Shown piece after piece: positions 11,376 to 22,400 of a DNA stretch of 64,000 bases. A model generated the notes under the pieces. It had not been told where the DNA came from. It ran no database searches and saw only the letters and a program-made list of their open reading frames with translations. The translations under genes were made by a program, and so were the position numbers. Positions within the stretch are counted from its first letter, which is position 1; each line of letters opens with the position of its first letter. The DNA is from Octopus sinensis (taxonomy: Eukaryota): positions 19,406,001 to 19,470,000 of the forward strand of contig NC_043002.1 in the NCBI RefSeq assembly GCF_006345805.1. The letters run 5' to 3'.

Positions 11376-13167
11376 ATGAAAGGTGAAGTCATGCTCAGAA
11401 GGATCTGAACTCTAAATGTAAAGAAATATTTTTTAAATTAAGAAAAGTATTGATATGATCCATGAAAATAAAGTGTCTTGTTTAGACAAGTCCTAGGATA
11501 CCAGATTCAGTGGTATTAACGAAGTACAGTTTTTCACTAAATTCCTTTGCCTTCATCCCTACTTTCTACCTCATGCTCTCTCTCTCTCTCTATCTACCTC
11601 TCTCCCTTTATTAAACATATTGTCTATGATTTCTTATACTTGCTATATTGATACTACAATTTTATATATATGTGTGTGTGTGTGTGTGTGTATATATGCA
11701 CAATACACTTACACACACATGCCAGTCCTCTTTCCTTTTCCAACTACCAAATCCACTCATGAGGGTTTGGTTTGTCCAGGTCTATAATAGAAGACACCTA
11801 AGGTGTTGCACAGTAGGACTGAATCCAGAAGAACTACATGACTGAATTTCTCAACTACACACCCATGCCTGCACCATAAAGTATATATTTTGTTCATGTA
11901 AAGCATCACTTTGCTCATCTGCACATTTGAAGAATTTCATCCACCAGTGCATGTATATATATGAGACTATAAATTTTAAATTTTGGTGCAAAGTTAGCAA
12001 TTTTGGAAGAAGTGGGAAATGGATTACCTTGACCTCAGTACTCAGCTAGTACTTATTTTTGTCAATCAAAAAGATGAAATGCAAAGTTTACCTCAGTGGT
12101 ATTTGAACTCAATGAAAAGAACCAAAAGAAATGCCACTAACCATTTTGCCTGGCATATTAACAATTCTGCCTGCTTGCTGCTTTTATGATTACATTTGTA
12201 AATAAAAAAGTAAATGATTTGCTTAAATCAACGCGGTTTGTATATTTCACCTAATACATCAATTTAGAATCACTATTCATTTATTCAGTTTGTTTTCACC
12301 TTATTTTATGCAACACCAATAATGTGTAAATGGTCTTGACTTTACTTTAAATGAAGTCAATGATTCGGTTTACTAACTGCAACTGCATTCTGAATTAATT
12401 GATAAATAATTTTTTTTCAATCTAAAGAAATAAAATGAAAAAATGTTTTTACATTGGCTGGCCCCCGTGCCGGTGACACGTAAAAGCACCGTCCATGGCC
12501 GGTTGCCAGCTCTGTCTGGCCCCGTGTCGGTGGCACGTAAAAGCACCATCCGTTCGTGTCCGTTGCCAGCATCGCCTGGCCCCGTGCCGGTGACACGTAA
12601 AAGCACCATCCGTTCGTGGCCGTTCGCCAGCTCTGTCTGGCACCTGTGCAGGTGGCACGTAAAAAACACCCACTACACTCGCGGAGTGGTTGGCGTTAGG
12701 AAGGGCATCCAGCCGTAGAAACACTGCCAGATCTGACTGGGCCTGACGAAGCCTTCCAGCTTCACAGACCCCAGTTGACCCGTCCAACCCATGCTAGCAT
12801 GGAAAGCGGACGCTAAACGATGATGATGATGATGATAAAGCTAAACATTTTGGGAATAGTACAGAAGATTAAATTAACTCTAATGTTTGGGAAGATACTT
12901 TAAATAATGTTGTCCTAGATCATTGTCTGAAAAATGGTGAAATGGCCATGATGGGAAAGTCTTTCATCTTAAGATCTGTTTTGTTTTAAGACTGACTTCT
13001 GCCGAAAGCAACAACCCTGGAAATATGAAAGGTGAAGTCATGCTCAGCAGGATTTGAACTCTAAATGTAAAGAAATATTTTTAAAATTAAGAAAAGTATT
13101 GATATGATCTATGAAAATAAAGTGTCCTGTTTAGACAAGTCCTAGGGTACCAGATTCAGTGGCATTA
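11376..13167 (+). repeat. Dispersed direct duplication, 11376-11518 and 13025-13167 (143 bp, 7 mismatches by hand count)
   Basis: Manual alignment; includes non-SINE flank sequence. Confidence 0.9.
12456..12836 (+). mobile_element. Family C retroposon, well preserved, with 4 tandem ~60-bp hairpin units and (GAT)n tail
   Basis: Units gccccgtgccggtg[ga]cacgtaaaagcacc+linker, then tggttggcgttaggaagggcatccagc...catggaaagcggacgctaaac(gat)6. Other approximate copies: 20750-21060(-), 25668-26930(-), 34720-34853(-), 47755-48100(-), 48310-48480(+), 49555-49860(-), 54346-54494(+), 56150-56757(+), 57500-57827(+), 61380-61642(+). Confidence 0.85.
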
Positions 13168-13417
13168 GAAAGAGTAGAAATAATGTCTTCCTAAATACCA
13201 TACTTGTGTACCACAGGTTATATCCCCAGAAGATCTATCTGGTCAGGATCTGAGATACACTGTTGTCTTGCTAAGAGATAGACCAACTCAGTCATTGTTT
13301 TAAGGGACAATATATTCGCTTAACAATCTACTAGAGAGGAGAAGGAGCTAAGCTTTTCAAGTATATCTACTCATTTTATCGTCTATTGACTTTCATATTT
13401 TTGTTGCACTGAATATA

Positions 13418-13624
13418 AATAATAATGAAATTATTGTATACAGTGCTCAGGTGCACCACAACTTGTCAAAAGTGCATATAAAGCATATGCAACAATTTAC
13501 AAATGTCTGGGAAGTGAACAGTGTATGAGTCAGATACATGCTTGCATGTGTATGGAGGGGAGAAAATCAGGTGTAGTGTTGGCAAATCTCAGGAAGCATG
13601 GAAGTTTTGAAGGATGCAGTGCTT
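13418..13624 (-). mobile_element. LINE (L2/CR1-like) 3' end with (ATT)n tail
   Basis: Minus strand ends ...gtggtgcacctgagcactgtatacaataatttcattattatt; clade assignment from memory only. Confidence 0.45.
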
Positions 13625-15028
13625 TAAGGATGCACTGTTTTAAGTAACATTGTTATTTTTGTATATGATAGAAATTATTGTCTTCTTAGTGTAAAAATAT
13701 CAGTCAGCTTTATTTTCAAACAATTAATAAGTATTGCAGCTGATGAGAAATCCAGACCCAAGAACTGTTAATCCACTGGCCATTTCATGTTTACAAGAAC
13801 ATTAATCTCAAAAGTCCGGCTTTGTCGTACTATGTCAAGCTACACGTCTGAAGAATACTATTTTCCTGCTACACTGCATTGTGATTGGGTTGCCTTTTAA
13901 TTGTCTTCAGATACCTCTTTAGATATCTAGATGTTCATGGTCAGGTTGTCCACAGCCAAAACCATATGATTAGAAATAAAAATTTGGAGTTGAAACTCAG
14001 CCTAGAGATGTATTAATTTGTAAACATAAGACATCTGAAGTTGATCAGAGATAGAATCAACTGAAATATAGTGTAGCAAAAAAAAAAAAAGTTAGAGGAG
14101 ATTAAAAGCCAGAAAAGTTTCTTAAGAAATCAATAACTGAACTCAGGAAAATAATTGATAACAGAATTTTCTTGAAATATAGATAATATCAGTCTGTTTG
14201 TGATTTACCTACTAGGAAAAAAAATTCACAAAATATCTTTATATATTGAATTTTTTATCTATATTTATATGTAAGTTACTGGATTTTTTTTCATTTTTTT
14301 TTATAACTGGTGTATTTATCTGCCACAAGTAACACCTAGGAAGTGTTCTTAGACTGCTAAATCTTTGATTAGAATGTTCTATTCTTCTTATCCCTAAGCT
14401 AAAGCAGCAAATTTGTAGAATAGGGCGTTAGATAGAATGGTTTATGGTACTCATTTCAGTTCTGTGTGCTTTAAGTTCAAGCTTTCTGATGCTAGAGCTT
14501 ACCTTTTATCTTTTAGGCTTGACAAATTACTAGTCTAGTGAGTGAGTTTAGTTCTCTCTCTTTCTCTCTGGATTCTGCTTGTAAGTATATCAGATACATT
14601 AAAACCTAGTAATAATGGACAGAAAAAGAAAGCAAAAAACAATTTTGTTTACCGTTTGGGAATAGAGTCAACAGAATCAGGCAAAATGCAAGTTTCTCAT
14701 TTACATAGCTACCTTACCTACCTAATTATTTATTCACCAATTGCATGTGTACTTTTGAAGTACTTAAATTATTCAAGGTAACAGTCAAATTTCCTTGAAC
14801 AAGCAACCTATTTAATGTCTTTTATATGGAGATCACATGTAAGGTTCTGGCATTTAATACTACAACTTGAAATATACTTCACAGTAAAGGACATGTGAGC
14901 CCACTGCTAAAATGACTAGTTAACTGGCAGCAACCCAGCAACAATATGTGAACAACCCCCTCCCCAAATGATGAGGATAAATGGAATGTTTTGAGAGAGA
15001 GGTGGGATCTCTAAATACTTGAAAGACA

Positions 15029-15084
<56 letters not shown>

Positions 15085-15466
15085 TCTACAAGAACTCCTC
15101 AGAGACAACCAATAAATAGAATGTTTATCTAACATGTGTAATTCTACTATTTATATATTATTTCATGTTAGCAGGATCTAAACCCAGAACATGGAGTGCT
15201 GGAAGATACACCACAAGACATGTTATCCATTGACCTAACAATCTTGCCAGTCCACCACCCTTAATAATAATTCTTTTTACAATAGGCACAAGGCCTGAAA
15301 TTTCAAGGTTGAGGGCTAGTCAATAACAACTGGTACTTATTTTATCCTTGAAAGAACAAAAAGTAAAGTTGACCTCAAAACCATTTTGAACTCGGGACAT
15401 AAAGCTGGAAGAAATACTGCTTAGCTTTTTGTTTGGTGAGCTAATGATTCTACCAGCTCACCACCT

Positions 15467-15697
15467 ATAATAATAATAATAATAATCCTTTCTACTAAAG
15501 GTTCAAAGCCTGAAATTTGGAGGAATGGACTAGTTGATGACATCAACCCCAGTATTTCACTGGTACTTAATTTATGAACCCTGAAAGGATGAAAGCCAAA
15601 ATCAACCACAGCAGAATTTGAACTCAGAATATAATGACGGACGAAATACCGTGAAGCATTTCATCCAGCATGCTAACGATTCTGCCAACTCACTACT
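15467..15697 (-). mobile_element. tRNA-derived SINE family B (Nin/Deu-domain-like core), the most complete of about 3 head-to-tail copies at 15170-15697
   Basis: B-box ctgagttcaaatt, core ttggctttcatcctttcagggttcataaattaagtaccag, (ATT)n tail. Many decayed copies, e.g. ~4140-4600, 5780-6085, 11970-12185, 20405-20620, 31965-32100. The domain name is recalled, not searched. Confidence 0.75.
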
Positions 15698-15728
<31 letters not shown>

Positions 15729-15733
15729 CAACA

Positions 15734-16785
15734 AGAGCATTCAGAAAGCGCAAACCTCCACCAAAGCAACACTAACGTCTTCTCAATGATTAACCAGAGA
15801 TGATTTTTAAAATGAGAATATCTGAAATAAACTCGACTGCTCTCACAAATGTGAATACTAAAAATGAACCCAATCGCTCTCAAAAATTAAGTAAAAACAC
15901 AGGAAAAATAATCCAGAATCATTTTCTAGTACCAGATCGATCCCAATGGTAGTCATGAAATGTGAAAGTGGGTGGGTGCACCATGTTTGTAATGCTGTGT
16001 GCATGTCGTCTGCAGAGGGAACAGGAACAGTCTTCTCTATGAAGGCCTTTTTTAGTCTGTCCACTGATATAGTGTCTTTATAACCATTACGATCTATAGT
16101 GAAAAATTTATCCATGCGTGAAAGCAAATGGAAAGGACTTGCATATGGTGTTGTTAACAGAGGTTTAATAACATCGTTGCACACAAAAACGTGAGTCCAT
16201 GAAGTAAAGCTTCCTTTAAAGCAGAGCTAGAAATGCAATTGTCAAGTGGGTAAGAGGTTTTAAACAGGAGCAATATATTCAAAATTGGTAAAACTAAAAA
16301 TTGTCGAGGATAAATTAAATTTATTATTGTTACTGAATATGTTAGTGTTATTTAATTTCTGAACAATTTTGCTGATGTTAGTTTATGTAGTTTGATTTCT
16401 TTATCCATCAATTTCTACTAAGATAGAGACACAAGTAAAATTAATAATAGAGAAATGAAAATAAAACTTTGGAAACAGCAGTGCTACCATAACTTACATG
16501 GAAACCATGAGCATGCTTTCAAGGGAGATAATCAGAGAAAGACTTAAAAGTCAACGTAAGATCGTAATACTTCATGTAAAGTAAAGTAAATATAGCAAAT
16601 GATCCAGAATCCTTGTCCAATACTGGATTGATCCCAAAATTTTATCAGTTCATGCAGTCACAAAGCCAAACATTCCTGAAAGTTTCATCCGAATCCACCC
16701 AGCAGTTCTTGAGATATCTTGTCCACAGACAAACAAACAAACATGACTGAAAACGATATCTCTGCCTTTGCTAAGGCAGAGGTAA
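15734..16785 (+). mobile_element. Helentron/DINE-like non-autonomous element in two halves (15734-15946 and 16598-16785)
   Basis: 5' acctccaccaaagc subterminal motif is complementary to the 3' arm; 3' terminal hairpin CTCTGCCTT-tgct-AAGGCAGAG (16760-16781); the halves overlap by a ~40-bp homologous segment. Confidence 0.55.
16040..16215 (-). mobile_element. Ty3/Gypsy integrase C-terminal (GPF/Y) fragment
   Basis: SWTHVFVCNDVIKPLLTTPYASPFHLLSRMDKFFTIDRNGYKDTISVDRLKKAF matches THVFVRxD...L.PPY.GPF.VL.R..K.F.....G..DTVS.DRLK.A. Confidence 0.85.
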
Positions 16786-17054
16786 TAATAATTGCCAGGG
16801 TCTTATGGGGTATCCCATGCACAACCATGGATTATTTTATACAGTAAAGCCTTCTCTCAATTCTTACCATCAATCTACACTCATATAGAGTAAACTCAAT
16901 TAACCATGGTAATTTTATTCTTTCCTACCATTCATCTCTGTCTACCCTATTCAACTGGTACTTAAAGAAGGCAATGAGGGTTTCCAAAATTTTAGAAATC
17001 TTTTCATATTTCTAATTTAGCCGGTTTTTGTTGACTAGCCTTTATAATCCTTAC

Positions 17055-17205
17055 TTGTTGACCTATGATCAAAGGCATTCCAGCTGTGACCATCCTGTCT
17101 TTTTAACAGGAGCAAGGATTAGAGTATCTTCTTTCAAAGGGTGTGATTTGAGAGACATTTGGCTGCTGTTTCTAGAAAGTTAGGAAACCATGAAGAGGTT
17201 CCATC
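17055..17205 (+). mobile_element. Unclassified interspersed repeat family F (representative copy)
   Basis: gacctatgatcaaaggcattccagctgtgacc...ggtgtgatttgagagacatttggctgctgtttctag recurs decayed on both strands (e.g. ~1880-2075, 3520-3760, 4960-5130, 23380-23560, 29300-29470, 31130-31240, 38990-39070, 51725-51930). Confidence 0.65.
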
Positions 17206-18052
17206 ATTGACCCATTATGTGATTGGTTGATTATATGGCAACTTCAAAAACATAGGTATTGTTCCAGCTGTTTAGTTACTTAGCTACCTAGTAACTGTAA
17301 TATATTTTTACCTAACATCTGTTTGCATGGTTGCATGGCTATGTGCAGTTTCTTTCTTCGAAAGTTTTATACCTTAGCAGCTTGATATCAGCAATTTTGG
17401 ATCAGATACAGGGTAGAGGGAATGTTGTTTTTTTTTATTCTGATAGTGACAGTTTGTGCTTGTTGTCTTACTGCTTTCATTGGTGCAGGCATGATTGTGT
17501 GGTTATAACATTAGTTACACTATCTCATCGTTCCAGGTTCTCCATGGCCATTCAGACTGCTCGAAAATACCAGTCAAATCTTTATCAATTCATGCTATAT
17601 TGTTTTACATGAAAAATACATTGGTCAATGTAGTCTTAAATATAAAAAACAAAAATATTTAAAAAATGGTCTTTAAACTAAACAACAACACTCTTCTCCT
17701 CTGCACATAGATTAAAAGGTAAATTGATCCTGCCAGGGTTTTGACAATGAACATTTGCAGTTGTCTGGTCAACTGAACATTCCATTCATTGAATGAGCAT
17801 TTAACTTGCTCAGTATTCCACCAGACATTTGTCATCCCCAAGCAGAATTAGTTTGACAAGGTTGGCTTTTTGAATCACATGTTCAGTTCATCTGACTGGC
17901 TTCCACACATCTCTCTAACCAGTTTTACTTACAGGTTTGAGGTACCCTGAGGCTTTGTTGAAAAACATTGTCCAAGTTGCCATGCAGTGGAATCAAATTT
18001 GAGATTCCATTATTGCAATGCAAACTTTTTAACCACTTAGCATGCATGTATT

Positions 18053-18093
<41 letters not shown>

Positions 18094-18515
18094 CATATAA
18101 AGGCGGTTCTCCAGCATGGCCACAGTCAAATGATGGAAACAATTAAGAAAGAATATATATATATATATTAATTAGATAGATAGATATAGTCTTCTAAGGA
18201 TTCATAAGACAGGAAAAACCAGGTATTTATAAACTTGTCAATAAAGAAGGTATATCAATATTTTTATAATGCAGTATTGGAAATTCATTTTAGCTAACTT
18301 TACCAATTATTTTTGTGCATAACAATTTGGGGAAAAACCCCTAACTCTTCATGTGTAGGGAGAATATGGTGACAGCATATTCTTCCTGCTAACCCTTCTG
18401 ACATGAGCAGGGATTGGGTTTTTTCCTCTAACTCTTGTATGTGAAACTGATTGGTTAAAATGGTAGAAATGGATTTATAATACTGTATTGTATAAATGTG
18501 TGTGTGTGTGTGTGT

Positions 18516-18815
18516 GAAGTTACGTGGTCTCGTGGTTAGGGTGTTGCACTCACAGCTGCTGGATTTAGAAGATCTATTTCCAGACTGGGTGGCGCATTAT
18601 GTTCTTGAGTAAAACCCTCATTTCACCTTACTCTGCAATCATTTTGATGTCTGATGTGTAAAATACTTGTGCACCTGTACAGGCAATGTTGATTTGAGGG
18701 AAGGTGTGAGCTAATTAATGTACAGCACATACATTTAGTTACTATAAACAAATCATCTGTGCAGATCGTTGAGCAAAATATGAACACTCATACATCGTCT
18801 TCAACAGGAAATCCC
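18516..18815 (+). mobile_element. tRNA-derived SINE family D
   Basis: A-box-like gtggtctcgtggttagggtg; body gttcttgagtaaaac...ctataaacaaatcatctgtg; second, 5'-truncated copy at 55705-55920. Confidence 0.6.
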
Positions 18816-19151
18816 TTCACACACACACAAATATATATATGATCACATTACAGTAGAAAATAGATTATGTAACTCTATTCATTAGCTTTCAGCTAATGTG
18901 TATTACTCGATTCTTATTCTTTTGTCATTTATCAATTCACTTTGTATATGTGTTGCTGTTCACATGAGAGCCTAAATGAGAGAATAACAGTGAGATCACA
19001 CCTCCTTAAGATTGTAGCTTATGGGTATCAATGATTATAAGTATGTTGTGTTCTAGCAACCAGTTATTTGTCCTGCTATAGCACTATAGGAAATCTGAAT
19101 TATAAAATCTGTCTGTGTGTGTATGGTTATATATATATATATATATATATA

Positions 19152-19560
19152 GGCGCAGGTGTGGTTGTGTGATAAGTAGCTTGCTTTCCGATCACATGGT
19201 TCTGGGTTCAGTCCCACTGCGTGGCATCTTGGGCAAGTGTCTTCTACTATAGCCTCAGGCCAACCAAAGCCTTGTGAGTGGATTTGGTAGACGGAAACTG
19301 AAAGAAGCCCGTCGTATGTTGTACATATATATATATATACATATATATATGTGTGTGTTTGTGTGTCTGTCTTTGTCCCCCCAACATTGCTTGACAACCT
19401 ATGCTGGTGTGTTTATATCCCTGTAACATTAGCGGTTTGGCAAAAAGAGACTGATAAAATAAGTACTAGGCTTACAAAGAATAAGTCCTGGGGTCGATTT
19501 GCTCGACTAAAGGCAGTGCTCCAGCATGGCCACAGTCAAATGACTGAAACAAGTAAAAGA
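19152..19560 (+). mobile_element. tRNA-head/CORE-like SINE family A, full length (head + microsatellite hinge + 3' module M2)
   Basis: A-box-like tggttgtgtga, B-box ggttcagtccc (19205-19215), CORE-like cttgggcaagtg, central (TA)/(TG) tract, 3' module ending gactgaaacaagtaaaaga. Confidence 0.85.
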
Positions 19561-21778
19561 GTATATGCACATACACACATTCTCACACTCATACACATAG
19601 ATAACTGGTCTTTGTTGAACATATGCTTGCAAGAATGAGGTAACTGACTCCTGCTAAAAGCTATATTTCTCTTCCTTTTTGTCACCTTGACACCTGAGAA
19701 TGATATGTATGATATCTACTGACCCTAAATTTTTCTTCCAAATATCTACAGAATGATTTACCAGTGCGGGGGATCCTAATGAACCAGTTCACTTCTCTCC
19801 TTCAGATATCTTCTAGAAGGAGGTATATGATGTCTACTGAATCTATGATTTCTCCCATTAAATTTCTGTTTAAACATGGTACCAAAGTCCACCTGAATTC
19901 TTATCTATCCTTTACACTGTGTGTTTGAATTATTTATTTGATGCTTAAAGAACTTATGTTGTTTTCTAGATGTCTGCCAAAATAGAGCACTTGACACTTT
20001 CAAACCTAGGTTCCTTTCATACAAAGAGAGCTACTACCATAATTCCTTGTAATCTTGTGTACATAGAATGTGTGTTTGTGTGTACATTGTGTGTGACTGT
20101 GTATATAAAATGTTTGTTTATTTGTGTACATAGTGTTTTTTTTGTTGTGTATGTGTACGAGCATATAATTTTTTATGTGTATATATTTATGTTAGATATC
20201 TATTTTTTTATCAACAATATAGTAACAGCTGATGTGTCAAAAATAATAATTGATTATAATGGCATAGGTTCATAATTCAGCTAGGAAAGTCACAGTTAAC
20301 CTAACTCAACATATCATTGGTATTAATTTAATGCCTTACCCAAAATGTAACAGCAAAACTGAATACAGAACGACAACGACCACCATCAGCACTACTACTA
20401 CTGATAATGGTCTCTGATTTAGGCACAAGGCGAACAATTTTGAGGGGAGCGTGTTAGTCAATTATATCGACCCTAGTACTCGACTAGTACTTTATTTTAT
20501 TGACCTTGAAAGAAAGGAAATCTAAGTTGACCTCAGCAAGATTTGAACTATGAACATAAAGAGTTGGAAGAATTGCTATTGTGTATTTTGTCTGACAAAT
20601 GATTCTGGTCATCCATTGCCCTTTGACCTGAATTCTAATGCTTAACTGACACTTATCCTGTCAACCTCCCACCTCCAAGTTGATTAAAAATGAAGTGAAC
20701 TAGAATGGGATTTGAACTCAAAATGTAAACATCATTATCATGATCCTCTTTGTCATCATTTGACCTTCACATTGCATGTTGGCAAGGGTTGGATAATTAG
20801 ACAGGAACTGATGGGTCCAAGGACTGCATCAGGCTCTAGTATCTGTTTTGACATGGTTTCTAAAGCTAGATACTCTTCTTAACATCAACCTCTTTACAGC
20901 ATATACTGGGTACTTTTTTCATGCCACCAGCTCACAAGGCTATGAACCTGGTGTGGGTGGGACATGATGGCTTTATGTTAGATGAGGGTTTAAAGTATGA
21001 GAGAAGGAGCAGAGGTGGTTTCTTGTTGAGGAGTTAAAAGACTTCTCACATTTAGAAGAGAAGGCAATTAATCTGCCACTACATTTTTACTACTTCACAT
21101 CTCTACCTATAACAGTAAAAATAATGATTTATTAAATAATTTGCAGGTGAGAGGCATTAGTTAATTAGCTCATAACATTTTATCCAACCCCTAGTCAGTC
21201 CTAACTTGATTTGAACTCAGAATGGAAAGTGATGTACCTTAATATTCCAAGATATTTTGTCCTTGAAGAAATGCTGTTGTGACTGAACTGACAAGTTGGA
21301 TAAATTGCTGTTTGTCCAAGCAGAAGGTGCAGCAAGTTCGGGTGTGGTTGAGAAACTTCATGCTAATTGAATGGCCTTTCTCTTTGATGCAGTCTAAGCT
21401 GCCTAGGATAATTGACTATTCTCATCCTTCCAACTTTATAGCCTTGTGCTTATGTGAGAAATAATAATTATTATTGTTACTTGGGAATAATGAGTCACTC
21501 AGACGTTTATAAAGGAAGGAGAATGAGATTGTGTGGTGTTAATGCCTTTCTCAAGGACATTACTGATGTAAACAAAGTGAAACGACTTTAACCAGGAATA
21601 GAAACTGGGTCATTAATAATTAAAAATGATTATAAATTATCTAAATTAAGATGGTTATTAATTTTAAGAAGATTTTATTTCATGATTTATATTTTATATG
21701 GATTATTCCATGATCTAATGTCATGCACATACACATGCTCCCATACATTTTCAGATATTACTATGCAAGTGCAAATCA

Positions 21779-21814
<36 letters not shown>

Positions 21815-22204
21815 ACACACCCACATATTATCAGACCTAAATCCCTCCCTTTCATAGATGTACAAATCTTTTTCAATACACTCACAAATATTCAATCCTA
21901 ATTCTCATTCTTACCCACACATACACACTCACATGCACACATGCATTCACACACTTAAGTTTCATGCTTTTTCACATTTCCTGATGTATGTGTACACACA
22001 CACACACACACACACACACATGTGCACATATGCATACACACAGGTGTTTCTATTTACACACCAGGAGGCTTAAAGTGCAAATAGTGCAGCATTTAAAAAC
22101 TAAGTTATTCAAGCATAAGAGAAAATATTATGCTAAAACCAGCATGAGATAATATTGGATGAAATTACCTTAAAATCCTCATCACTAAATCTGACACTTT
22201 CAAG

Positions 22205-22400
22205 ACATGATTAATATCATCATCACCACTACCACCATCATCATGACCATCACCATCATCCATACCATCATTACCAGTACCATCATTACTGCCTTTATTA
22301 CTATCATCATAATCACTATCATTATCCCTACCATCATCACCATCATCATCATCATTACTACTACCATCATCGTCTTCACTCCATCATCATCATCATCACT
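22205..22400. repeat. Degenerate (CAT)n/(CAC)n low-complexity tract
   Basis: Seen directly; similar decayed tracts at ~53215-53540 and ~53690-53935. Confidence 0.85.

Noticed and set aside
12461-12672. Regularly spaced hairpin repeats resembling a CRISPR array (also 56300-56600)
   Set aside because: The linkers are homologous to each other, the array lies inside a dispersed retroposon with a (GAT)n tail, the context is eukaryotic, and there are no cas genes.
17545-17612. Possible second exon after ccAG (WFSMAIQTARKYQSNLYQFMLYCFT)
   Set aside because: Runs into a stop with no donor site and no recognisable SMP motif.
19152-19225. tRNA-like sequences with A and B boxes
   Set aside because: They are SINE heads without a complete cloverleaf/acceptor stem, and each continues into a SINE body.
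19700-19960. Minus-strand DSVDIIYL motif recalling CR1 RT (VDIIYLDF.KAFD)
   Set aside because: The match is too short, the following DFxKAFD is absent, and the motif is internally duplicated.
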